Below are positions 52,401 through 64,000 of a stretch of DNA of 64,000 nt, piece after piece. Position 1 is the stretch's first letter, and each line of letters opens with the position of its first letter. The notes under the pieces are model-generated. The model was not told where the DNA came from, ran no database searches, and saw nothing but the letters and a program-made list of their open reading frames with translations. Source of the stretch: Haliotis rufescens (lineage: Eukaryota); contig NW_025963791.1 of assembly GCF_023055435.1 (NCBI RefSeq), positions 29,326,001 through 29,390,000 of the forward strand, in the 5' to 3' direction. A program made the position numbers and the translations under genes.

Positions 52401-53159
52401 AGGGTGTCATTCCTAAGTGACAATGACTACTGCTTAGAATGCGATTATATAAAGTATATATTTTTAAAGCAATTTTTGTTTTACGTAAATATTATTTTAG
52501 ATGTTCACATAAATGACTAGTTCAATCAGTGAAATCTCACCCAATAGCACGACCTTCGCTTTACAGATTTAATGATGTATGCGCATTGTTGCATTGGGGT
52601 GAAGAATGTTTGCACATCAAGAGAAATTCTTGTTGACATTTGGCAAAGCCAGGCATGTTTCCACCCTCAGTAACAATAACCCAAACGCAACCTAAATGGG
52701 TATCCAGTCAGCAGTCACCTCAGATTCGCAGTTGATTCGAGGTCTATATTTGACGTGTTGCATAGGGCCTTTTATGTATCATGGAAAATAGTTATCTGAG
52801 TGTTCCCACACCTTTTGGAATGAGAAATTGGTTGGTAACTTACGTCATACGGTAAAAAAACACAAACAAAAGAGAAGGGGATAATAAAATGTATATGTTA
52901 ATACCATATATTAGAACAAAGATAAATGCAAGAACGTTTATGTCTGTAAAACATAACACTAAAATACATCATAAAGTTAGCACGTGGCGCACGCATAAGC
53001 GCCACACGCACGCTTAGGGTGTCATTCCTGATTTTCTCACTTTCAAGGATGGTCAATTAATCTCTGTGGACCATTATTTCTGTTAATCTTATTGATTCTG
53101 CGTATCAGAATTCACTGAGATTTACTTGAGATTTACTTGATTTCATCCATTGTTTGTGT

Positions 53160-53515
53160 ATGAACTAACGGCTTCTGCAACGTGTGGAGCGTCTACGGGC
53201 TATTGGTATGCTGGGCACTGGCAGAAGTAAGCGTGCACTGGCCAATACGTTCGATATTTAACAGTCTATGGAACAGGTACCAACAAACCCAAAATGTTGA
53301 TTTTCAGGGCGTCCAAGGTCAACGACAAGAATTCAGGATCGATTGATCCGAAACCAGGCTCTACGAAGTCGAGCTCAAATGGCGAATCAAATTGCATCAA
53401 ACTTTCATCAGGCTGATGGGGTTCGGGTTACGGGCCAGACGATTAGAAATCGTCTACATGCAGCTCATCTCCATATTCGACCCAATTCTACCGTACGATT
53501 CTAGCAGATCACGAT
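53160..53515 (+). mobile_element. Tc1 transposase N-terminal (HTH) relic
   Basis: Translates to ERLRAIGML, SGRPRSTT and GQTIRNRLHAAHL across frames. It ends at the family C insertion. Confidence 0.72.
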
Positions 53516-53535
53516 TTGTCACATACGACCATTTA

Positions 53536-53798
53536 TTTGTTTGTTTGTTGTTTAACGCCGCACTTAGCAATATTACAGCTATATGACGGCGGTCTGTAAA
53601 TAATCAAGTCTGGACCAGACAATACAGTGATTGACATCATGAGCATCGATCCACGCAATGTGGATACGAAGACATGCTTGAAACAAGTCAGCGAGCTTGA
53701 CAGCCCGATCCCTTTAGTCGCCCTTACGACAGGCATAGTCGCCTTTTACAGCAAGCATTTGTTGCTGAACACCTGCTCTAACCCGGATCCTCACGGGT
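53536..53798 (-). mobile_element. Family C retroposon, full length with TSD
   Basis: Direct repeat CATACGACCATTTA at both flanks; 5' end ACCCGTGAGGATCCGGG. Confidence 0.93.
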
Positions 53799-56700
53799 CA
53801 TACGACCATTTAAGGACCATATACACTGTGATAGGCATTGCGGTATTAATACACAGCTATTTGGTTTACTGTGTACATTAAACCTCGCCCGCTTAATGGT
53901 GACAGTTATACCGTATCTAATAAAGGTATGGCAGAAAAGTGTCTCATGTCTGACTGATTTTAATATCATGCTATTTTTATGATCCTATTTATAAGGTTAA
54001 TACCTGCAGTATGTTTGGATTGATAACCTTAAATTAGTTGAATATCAAATCAGTATGCTTATCGAAAAGGACACTGAAAGGGTACGAATTACGCCGCATT
54101 GATCCACAAGAACATTGGATTCATATTGTTCTCAGTCCTCGCAACATGCTATGCCATGCTGGGTTCTGTAATTAGCTGCCTAGATTAGCTGGTCGTAGGT
54201 TCCCATCCTAGGCGCGATCAGTCTATGATTTTTTGCTGGTATCCCTGCCACTGGGTTTCGACGTCGTGGCACTCATCTACGACCTACGATAATTGGCGCT
54301 TTCCTCACACTCTGAGCTGGCCGATGATATACACTCCATACCTCACTACGGGTGTTATGTGTTTCAAGTCGTTCATCGTTATCATTCAACAATTACGAGA
54401 AACTACTATTACTATCGCTAACAATTTTGGAAATGTTAAGTTATTTCTTGGTATCCCCTACTTTTTTTAAAGAGTATATTACAGAAATACCGTCCATATT
54501 ACGTTTTACGATAATGCCAGCAAGTTCACACAAGTCAAACAAATTGTATATGAACAAGCAATTCCGACGAACAAGTAATCAATTAAGTTGGGTCTAATTC
54601 AAAATTTTCTATCACATAAAGGTCTTGTGTTTATGAGTAATATGTTTTGACGTCTGTTCTTTGGAAACACGTCTCCAGTGAAGCAACGCTCGTGAGATTT
54701 ATCATTTGTTCACTCAAATCTCAACACAGACACATCTTATACGACTCCTCGGGGCACACTAAAATACCTACTTGATTGTTGCTTTCATAGCAGTTAGTAC
54801 TTGGGGAGTGATCATGAACGGCCATCTAGACCTTTATGTAATAGAAGATCGATCGCGTCTAGCCCTTGTGCCTGATTAACTTTTGAAACATCTTGGATCA
54901 AAGCTTCGTGTCTGTTAGCATCGATGGAATAGAAGGAAATATGGGACACCTTTAGTGTCTTTCGCGAAACTATTTCAAACAGTGTCCTATACTAAGTGTT
55001 GCGATTGCTAGGCTGAACGTGAATACTGAATGAGAGCGGTTCAGAATTCGTCTCGATAGTCCTCAATTGGGTCTTTGATACTTTCAAGCGGGCACGAAGA
55101 TGGCCATGGTATTAACACTTATGACCCTAGCAAATTATTTCATAATATAACAGCCAAGGGACTATCCCACATTCGACTGTCTACTGCCTTACAATAGGCG
55201 AAGACGTGTGACGGTGCAGCTATCTTCCTGGAGTTCAGTACAATGTGGTGTTCCCAGACGGCTCAGCGTAGGGTTCTTCAATGTCCTACAGCTCCGAATC
55301 AGGTTCCATGAGCTGAGGGTCGTGTTGATCGTTCAGACAGTATGTCTTTAATCTCCTATAATGTTTTAGCAGACGGTGTTCAAAAGGGATTTTGCTATAT
55401 TGTCTGATCAGGTTTACTTTGAGAAAACATTGTTCAAAGAGAGGCGTATAAATGACAAAAAGGATATATTCTTTCATCCTAGACAGAATTACATATTGAT
55501 TGGTGATGCTTACAGATACAATATAGATGAAGAATGATACACCGTTGGTTTTTATCATTGTCCGGAAACTCGTTTCCTGACATCTACTGTTTCGAACGTC
55601 CATATAAGAAAGAAAAAAGGTGTTTGTTTGGTATTACGAACGTTTTAACTAGTGAAAATTCCGTCCACATTATCTAGTTTTGACCGGACTCTGTAATGAT
55701 ACATTTTATATCATAGAAATGTGAGAGACATTTGTGAACTATTATCCTTGCAAGGACAATGACATCTGGTGTCTTGTCCTTTCTTGTGAGAGAATTTGAC
55801 TGGTGTTTTAACACACGAATATAACGTTGGTACTGCAATAGGTAGTTGTTCAATATCGATGTCTCAATGTCCAGTAAGAAATTGAGAGCTCAGATGTTGA
55901 CTTACGTAAAAAGAGATGCCAAAATAAAATATTTTTAAATCTAAAAATGTTCATCATCAAAAATTGTTTTAGAAATTAAACATGTTCACGGTAAAGTGGG
56001 GAATGTGCTCAATAGTTATCTCCCTTTTTCCACCGTGAAGATGTAACTGTGTTTTTTTTATCGAAGAGTGGGTGAGTGAGTGATTTGGGCTTTCGCAGCT
56101 TTCGGTGCAGACTTCTAGGCTATCGAAGAGGGCATGTTCATGTTCATTGCATATCAGTACAACATGTTACATGTGATTAGGAATATTTCGACTACCAACA
56201 TATTTGTACTGGTAATTTTGGTAGTTTTTTGTTTGTTAACATATGCTACAGATTCAAATTTCATGCTTTGTGATTATATGTTGATGTATATATATTAAAT
56301 GGCGTAAAAGTCGTGACAAATTAGCATTAAATATCGACATAATATCCTTCAAAAGTTAACGATTCAATTTACAATGTAATATGAATGTGAAAAAAGGAAT
56401 GTGTCCGTTTTTTGAAACCACATATGGCGTTCTAAATTTGCATGCATCTTGTTTGTTTGAATATAGTCGTTATAGTATTATTTGTTGGTGAGTTGGTTTG
56501 TTACTTTTCGTTGGTAGCTTGATTGGCTGGTTGTGCGGATGCGTGATTGATTGGCTTTATAGCAATGATATGAATAACTTCCACGACGTCGGGTAAAGAT
56601 GACACGCAAGAATGTGATTTAATGGGATTTTACGGCAAGGAAATATTCACGGCTGATTAAAGCTCTTCTAGTTAAATCGTAGTATTTTGCAACATGACAC

Positions 56701-57144
56701 GAACATCATATTCCTTATAATCATACTAAATTTAGGACGTGACAGGAAACATTATGATGCGTATTACCGGATTCCATAAAACGGCCCTGTGGAGGCGGGT
56801 GTAGAATAAATCCCCAGTAAACTATTATTTTGGAAGGGACAACAGAAAAGAATCGGGCAGCCCAGCGAGGTGACTTAGTTGTCTGCTCGTCATCGTCTTG
56901 GTGGCGGCGATCGGTGATCACGATACCAACCATCAGGTTGTCTGGTGCAGACTCGATTATCTACTGGTCGCCGTATAAAGTTGTCTTATTTTATTGACTG
57001 CCACGTTCACAACATCTTTACACTCACTCATTCGTGAAGGAGCCAATGGATTTCTAAAATCGAGGTTGAGTAGTTAGAGAATCTCTCGTTGTGTGATTAG
57101 TATCCTATATGTACCATACACGTCACTTTCTTCCTTAGGTCAGT

Positions 57145-57426
57145 GGGGGCACGGGTGGCCTAGGCGTCTAAGGCGCCGCGATTCGCTGTGCAGAGTTGCG
57201 TCCCCTGGGCATGCCAGAAACCTCTGATTGTGGGTTCGAATCCCGGTTCGCCCCGATTATGTTTCTAGGTTTGTCAGCACCATACCCGTGCTCGTGGGTT
57301 TCACCGAAGTGGTAAACGTCTGAGACCTGCATCAGTTCAGGCTTTCATCCCACATTAAGCTGACACGCCGCGATATAACTGGAATACTGTTAAAAGCGGC
57401 GTTAAACCCAACTCACTCACTCACTC
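57145..57426 (+). mobile_element. SINE family A, full length with TSD
   Basis: TCCTTAGGTCAGT repeated at both flanks; A/B boxes and ACTC tail present. Confidence 0.93.
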
Positions 57427-60099
57427 CTTAGGTCAGTACACATGCACGCCAGCAGTTTCATGTTTCCAACCTCATGAAAATCACAACCTATTAAAGTAAC
57501 CGAAGGTTGCTCCCACAGCTGAGTCAATTCCCAATCTCTGATGCATTAGTCGTGCACTCCACTTTAGCCTCTGGTGCCACAGCATACCATTTTGACATTC
57601 CAGTTCCATTATCTGTTGACGATAACCCCGGCCACACATCCAAACACTCTCTTGGATGGGGAGCAGAATCCAAATCCGTTTATGTTGAGGGTCGAAATGC
57701 TCAAATATTTGCACGTTGCCGTGGTCAATGTAAATGTTCGTGAGGGACAAGCGATCGAGTGAGATTAACTTTCAGCAAGAGGAAAGACCACTCAGGAACA
57801 CTGCCAAGGGATGAATAGAATGTTTAAGAAGGGCCGGAGTCTGAGTGCAATAATGTGTTACATGTCTACAATATAAAGAATTGGCAGTGTCAGACTGCAT
57901 TTGAAGATGTTCTTTGTTGTAGATATTTTGATCAACTGTCGTCATGTACTGTCATGCTTTGGGCGCTTCTTTCAGTCAGATAAGGTTTTGCGAAAACGAC
58001 ATTTTGGTGCGAAATTTGATAAAATCGTTCGTTCCACACATATTTCTGTATATGTCTGGAACGAACGATTTCATTATGAAGATGCAGAGGGTGTAACATG
58101 ACAATGCTTCCATGTTCTTTGACTGAAACATCAGAGAGGAACCTTATTTGTCAGGTTATATTAGATGATTGGACTAATTGATTTACATGAAGAACACACA
58201 TCCTCTTATGTTTCACACATTTCCTTTTGAAGCTGTCCTTTATAATCATATACTTCTGACATCAATGGTTATTTGAAGGGCTACCTGTATGTTGCAAATG
58301 AAGTTCAGACAGTACAACTTGATCTACATGTCACCAAGTGCACCATATGTATCTTCTGAGAGTTGTTTACAAAACGCTCACAGCGGCATTAGTCAATCAT
58401 TCATTTTACAGTCATAAACTATCAACTCTCTCTGGATTCATTTTAATTATAAAATAAAATAAAACAGAACTCAAAATTACTGTCACAAAAGTCGGTGTCA
58501 TATTCGATTTTCTACCACAGAACTACAACCTATAAATGCACTAATCATTGTTTAAATGATTTATAGAAATATTTACTTTACCGAACAGCCCATATTTAAC
58601 CAACTTAAAGACAAACTCACACAACCTTAGTACACGACAAAGTACGCCGCATCAATAATATTATATGTTAATCTTCGACAAATTTTAGCCACATTGTCTT
58701 TCATTGTTTAGATGATAACTGTTTACTTAAGCGCGGAAGACGCCATGAGTCGCATGTCGTTGAGTGGGTATAACAAACTAAGGGCCATAACTGTGGAGAA
58801 TCTGGAATAGAACCCGCGATCAGCGTATCCTGGGACGGAACACAGCGAACTGTGCGCCCTCCGAGCGACACGTGCTCCCGATGTATTTAATATATAACAG
58901 GCATCCTCTTTCGTGTCATCAGCAACGTTAACTACTTTCTTGCTGACTATTTTATATTCACATATTCTGGGTGAGAGGTGTCGTGCAGGACTAAATTCAA
59001 AACAAAGAAAACAGTGATTGCCTGTCAGTTTAGATGAGTATCCATGTACGTAGAACAGCACAGCCAGAAGATCTTGCAGGCGGCTAGGGGATCACCCAAC
59101 AATGTTCGACAACAACAATAAAGAAACACTGGAGCTTTGGAACTCTACCATGGCTCTCAAACATCAGCAATGAAACTAAATAGACGAATCTCTTAATTTC
59201 ACATTGCATTCACACTAATGTGTACTCTGATGATGCCATACCTTGTTTCAACATGTTATATGTGACACATTACCTTGGGACATCACGTATCAGAGTTACT
59301 GACATTCCGTTGACCTCACTTTTATTGAATACAACAACACTAATGATATTAACTTTACAGACGCCGAACAAACTCTCTAAATGCCCTGACATATGTCATA
59401 AAGTGTAACTTTAGTAGACCACTATGCCTTGACCCACTTCATACCACATAAGCTATAAAATGATTGTGTTGATTTAAAATACACTGTATAAATACACTCA
59501 CCAAATTGAATATCACCGCATAATGATTACATTTTTTATACATAACTTTATCAAACTGTAATGCTTGCAGTAAAAAGTGTACTCAGAGAAAGGGTCACAC
59601 GCTCGCATAACTCATTTTATATTCTTCTGTGACATTGCTCTCGTCTTCTCCAGAATCTTATATCTGTTATGGGCCTTTATTACTGTTGAAGATTCTGATA
59701 TAAGCTCTATGTGACACGTGGCATATCATTACCTTGAAATGATGGACGATGGTGCAGTCGCAAAAACGAGACACCAGTTTACATCAGATGTGATGCTGAC
59801 ATGTGCTTCATGCTCAAATATGATATGGTTTCAATTACTGAAACGAGACGACTCATGATACACATTTTACATAACACTTGGAATACCTGGTGATCACAAT
59901 ACCTAACTACATGTACATGAACGGGGTTAAATATTCTCTATTCTACAAAGTTCTCTTTCCTATAAAAACAACACTAACATCAGTGACAATAGAGATGCAT
60001 CAAAGAAGTATATTTTTTCATATGCCTATATGAGATTAGAGCCAAATGCATAGTTCGCAATATCACATGCATCTTCATCACTATCTAGACAAATCAAGC

Positions 60100-60500
60100 A
60101 AATAAAAGCGATAAAACCATTTCCATGCCCACAAAAAATATCTGCCAAAAGCACAGACGATTGTACGATTCCGACATGTATATCATAAGCATGTGTTTTT
60201 GAATCACTATCAAATGGTGATGATACCAGGTGTTCTCGAAAAGGTGAGCATATCCCACCCCAACGGGGGAGCCATCACAAACACTTGCAAAGGCAAGTCA
60301 ATTGTTCTGCAAAAACAACATGGGAACATATGGTACATTCAAAATAGGGAATTTCATCACACATCATTTTTGTATCTGATGCTTCAAATTTGGAAATGTC
60401 CTCCACGTGTCTACCATAAAACGTTTTGAACGCTTTGCTCGGCCCTTGAATGGTGTAACCTTGATCAAACTTCTTTTCAGCAAGAATCGTATGACCATTT
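60100..60500 (-). mobile_element. 3' end of Penelope-like (Naiad-like) element
   Basis: Reverse complement of 420-800, e.g. GTGATGATACCAGGTGTTCTCGAAAAGGTGAGC and CCACGTGTCTACCA. Confidence 0.85.
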
Positions 60501-62189
60501 TTAACAGAGCATGTTCAATTGTACCCGAGAATCAAACAAACAAAATTGTTCCTCAAAAGCTGTGAAATGCGGACACCAAAAGAACGCTGAACTTAATACA
60601 ACCATATGGAGACAATGCCTGCAGTTGATGGATGAGGTGTATTTATTTTTTCATACTATATATGCATTTAGTCGTTTTTACCCTGATCCTGAAAACTAAT
60701 AAAGACGTTCATGTAAACATGTTAAGAAACGAGTTCGGATTTGCCATTTCTTGTGATTGTCCTTTTACTTCTAATTTTAGCTTGATGGACAGCTCATGCC
60801 AAACAAGTTACTTGAGGGACCGTGGCAGCGATTGCTTATGTAACATACTCAATTTGGAGGATCTATGCCGAAAAAGGCCAGCGTGTTTTCGGCAATCAGT
60901 TTAAATCATTGTCAGGGCAGATGGGCAAAACCCACCGTCTTGCGTGACCTTAAAGCTATAACATACTTTACAACGGTCAACACTGAGGAAATCATTAGAA
61001 AATTGACTTTTAAGTCCGACTCGTTAGCAAATGTGTCTTTCCCCTCGTCCGAACAATATGTTGATCCCAATACATCAGTGAGTGCCAAAAAAATCCGTGG
61101 TTAGTTTTCAATCTTTTCATGAAATATTACTGGCTTAGGGAAAACTATTGGCGTATCTGGACAGATGAGTAGCAGTAGCATCGAGGTTCAATTACCCCGA
61201 AAGGCGGATGTTATTTTATAGAAAAGCATCATTAACCAGAGAATATTGCCCAGCATCAGTTCGTCGCACAGTGGGATGACAAATCGACAAACTCTGGCGT
61301 CACTTTAACAACTTCCAATAAGCTCCTGATCCAGCTAAACAAATGACTTGTGTTAGTGGTCATTTGGTATTTGACTAAGCCTTTCAGCATTATTGAGTAT
61401 TTGAATGAGGTTCCATAATGACAATTTAATAAACAGGAACTCGACTGGGGAATTAAGGTTTGCGTGTCTAATCAAGCGATGTTGGTCATTAATTAAATGT
61501 GAGTAATACCATGTGGATAGATGGAATTATAACGATTAAGATCATTGATGCAGAACGATTCAATGGCAGCTAGGAAAGCTTGCAATTGTACTGTATCTCC
61601 CAGAAGGATCTTGTACAAACAGATGAGTACATTAACTCCCCAGCTTCGGACGTTAATGTGAGTAGCAAACAAGTAACTGTGTTGACAACTGTTCTAATTG
61701 ACATTGTATGTAGTGTATGACCGAAATAGTTATTTGACCTAATTATGGTCTAAAAAAAGATGTACATGCAGTAATTATTCACAGACGGATGGCAATATAT
61801 ATCAATGACAAGTAAAAATAACAATAGGTGTTATCAATACTACGATATGCTATCGAACATTTCGATAGATGCGATGAAAGGACGTGTGTGTGTGTGTGTG
61901 ACGTGGCCTCTATTCGTTTATGATGTCGCCTATATTCGTTGGTCGCGTTTCATAATTTGACGTTTGTAGTTGGGTTGGAGGACTCCTTTTGAAAGAGTAA
62001 CGTGAATTGAACTGCCGTGTTTAAAAAGGAACCTGTGTGCCATAGAAACCGCATTAACACATGAGTCTTCTGCACCTTTCCAGTACCACCACGAGTTGGG
62101 TCGTTATTGATCGTAGAGCATAAACGATGTGTGTGGCAGTTACCAGCTATTGGTTAACCACGCAATTTGAACTTAAGTGATGCTTCTGA

Positions 62190-62460
62190 AGTGAGTGAGT
62201 GAGTGAGTGAGTTGGGTTCAACGCTGCTTTTTACAAAAATGTTTCAATTATCATGGGGTGTCAGCTTAACGTAAGAGGATCTTCACAGGACGCAAATTCA
62301 CCACTCTGATTACACCTACGGGAACAATTTCTCTTCGAAGCGACATGCCGAGGGGCGTAATCTTGGATTCGAACGAAAGGTGTATCTGCACACCACATAG
62401 AGGCGCAAATCTGTTCAGGCAATAATTAAGCCTTAGATGACTTGGCCATCCACACCACGT
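62190..62460 (-). mobile_element. SINE family A, old degenerate copy
   Basis: (GAGT)n-TGGGTTCAACGCTGC...TGTCAGCTTAA...GGATTCGAAC...TTAGATGACTTGGCCA. Confidence 0.7.
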
Positions 62461-62667
62461 ATTTTATATTGATTTAACGCCGATTTTACAGTATTTTCAA
62501 GATCAGATTATTGATGGGGGAAAGTCCAAAGAGAAACAGGTACAACACCTTTACCACGTTGCTGAGCACGGATAGTAGTAGGCTGATGACCAGTCAACAA
62601 TATGTTAGTCAAGGCCATCCACTATGCAATGAAATCGTTGTACCTATGAAAAACAGATGACACAGCC

Positions 62668-62840
62668 TCTGAAGATCCGGGTTAGAAAAAAAATATTGGT
62701 CTTCATCAATCAATCAACTGACTTGGTTGATGCATGTCATCGTCTCCTAATTGCGTAGATCGATGCTCATTATGTCAATCACTGTCTGGTCCTGACTCGA
62801 TTATTCAGAGACAGACGACATATCGTTGAATATTACCTTA
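62668..62840 (+). mobile_element. Family C retroposon, partial
   Basis: TGAAGATCCGGGTTAGAA...GGTCTTCA...GACTTGGTTGATGCATGTCATCG...GATCGATGCTCAT. Confidence 0.78.
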
Positions 62841-64000
62841 CCAAACTCTTAGCCTGATCATGCTCGTAGGTTTACATTTCTCATTTAAGTATCAGGTGAC
62901 AGGATACTTAACAGCTAATATGACAACTTATGATGACCAAGATAATATTTTCGGTGTAAAAATATTTTCTTATAAATACCAGCATCTGATACAAACTCAA
63001 GGGGCATCACACAGATCCACTTTGAATGTTGAGAAGGAAAAACATGTACTGATTTTTTTGTGTTGGTTTCAAAAACATTGCCAAGCCAGCATCGAACAAA
63101 TTGATTGAGAAAAGAGACACTGAAAATGTTACAGTTCGCACACACTTACATTTATATTTCAATCGCATGCAAAAAGTAAATTACTGAACGTCGACCCATC
63201 ACATAATTCAGATCAGTTCTGGGTTTTTATCCAATGGTATTTTGCAATCAGTATAATCAGATTACCTGTGATTGATGCTCTTGAAATGATTCAATGGGTG
63301 TGAAGCAATTTATCAATATTCCCGGATGAAATATCAAGCTGTCAAATCCATCTTATCTGTCAAATGCTAAATCTTGCAATACCATTTATACTATTTTATT
63401 TCCGCCATTATCATACGAGCCAACATAAACCGTTTCAGATTAAAATAACGGCACTCAAATAGTTGGAAGTCGCTTAACAGTTATGTATTCTTCATTTGAC
63501 AATCCACAGAACTGCAATTCATAAATTGTCAAAAAGCTGCATTGAAACTTTGCAGTTTAATGTGATTGCTGTTCGGATTTCTATATTTGATGAAAGCTGC
63601 TATCAATCAATTTCGAACGGTTTTAATTTTCCTGGTCCTCGACGTGTTGTATCCATGACGTAATATGCCATTAGGAATGTTCCCATGGGTTTTAGACAAA
63701 GAATGGGACAGTTGCACATGTCGTATTACCGACCATAAAAATGTGATGTCAATTCGTAGCAATGGTTATATTTTAGAGAAAAGTGGAGTAAAGAAGCAAC
63801 TTTTAATTAAATTTATTTGTTTTACTTGAAAATATTTTCCAGACTCAATTGCTTTGCAAACGGTCGAAAGTGTTTTATTTAAAATGTGTAAATTATTTCG
63901 TAAAGATTGGTACGTAATACTTAAATATATCTTTGATCTGTCTATTTCTTAAGATTTGATGAATAGCTGTTACTTGTTAACATACAAGTAGTATGTTGCA

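Overview
Eukaryotic, AT-rich, repeat-dominated DNA. It is most likely a gastropod mollusc such as abalone, inferred from the SINE repertoire with (GAGT)n tails; this is not provable from the window alone. I could not identify any intact host protein-coding gene, rRNA, true tRNA gene or CRISPR array, and most short ORFs in the track look like noise or transposon fragments. Supported content: (1) two full-length decayed Tc1 elements, a truncated Tc1 (D34E) carrying a nested full-length mariner (D34D), and further Tc1/mariner relics and MITEs; (2) several Penelope-like RT relics of the type whose ORF ends at the RT (Naiad-like), one with an inverted terminal repeat, plus a LINE relic; (3) four short-retroposon families: tRNA-Leu-like head, tRNA-Asp-like head, Meta-domain, and one with no tRNA head; (4) two loci of degenerate minimal hammerhead-ribozyme motifs (an inverted pair at about 31.9 kb and a tandem array at about 39.1 kb); (5) a ~9 kb tandem segmental duplication (12.5-29.8 kb) whose paralogues preserve empty insertion sites. 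The best novelty candidates are RNA-level. One is a tRNA-headless retroposon whose TSD-bounded copies start at the same structured 5' end (ACCCGTGA). The other is a 3' stem-loop shared by all four retroposon families, with compensatory base changes.
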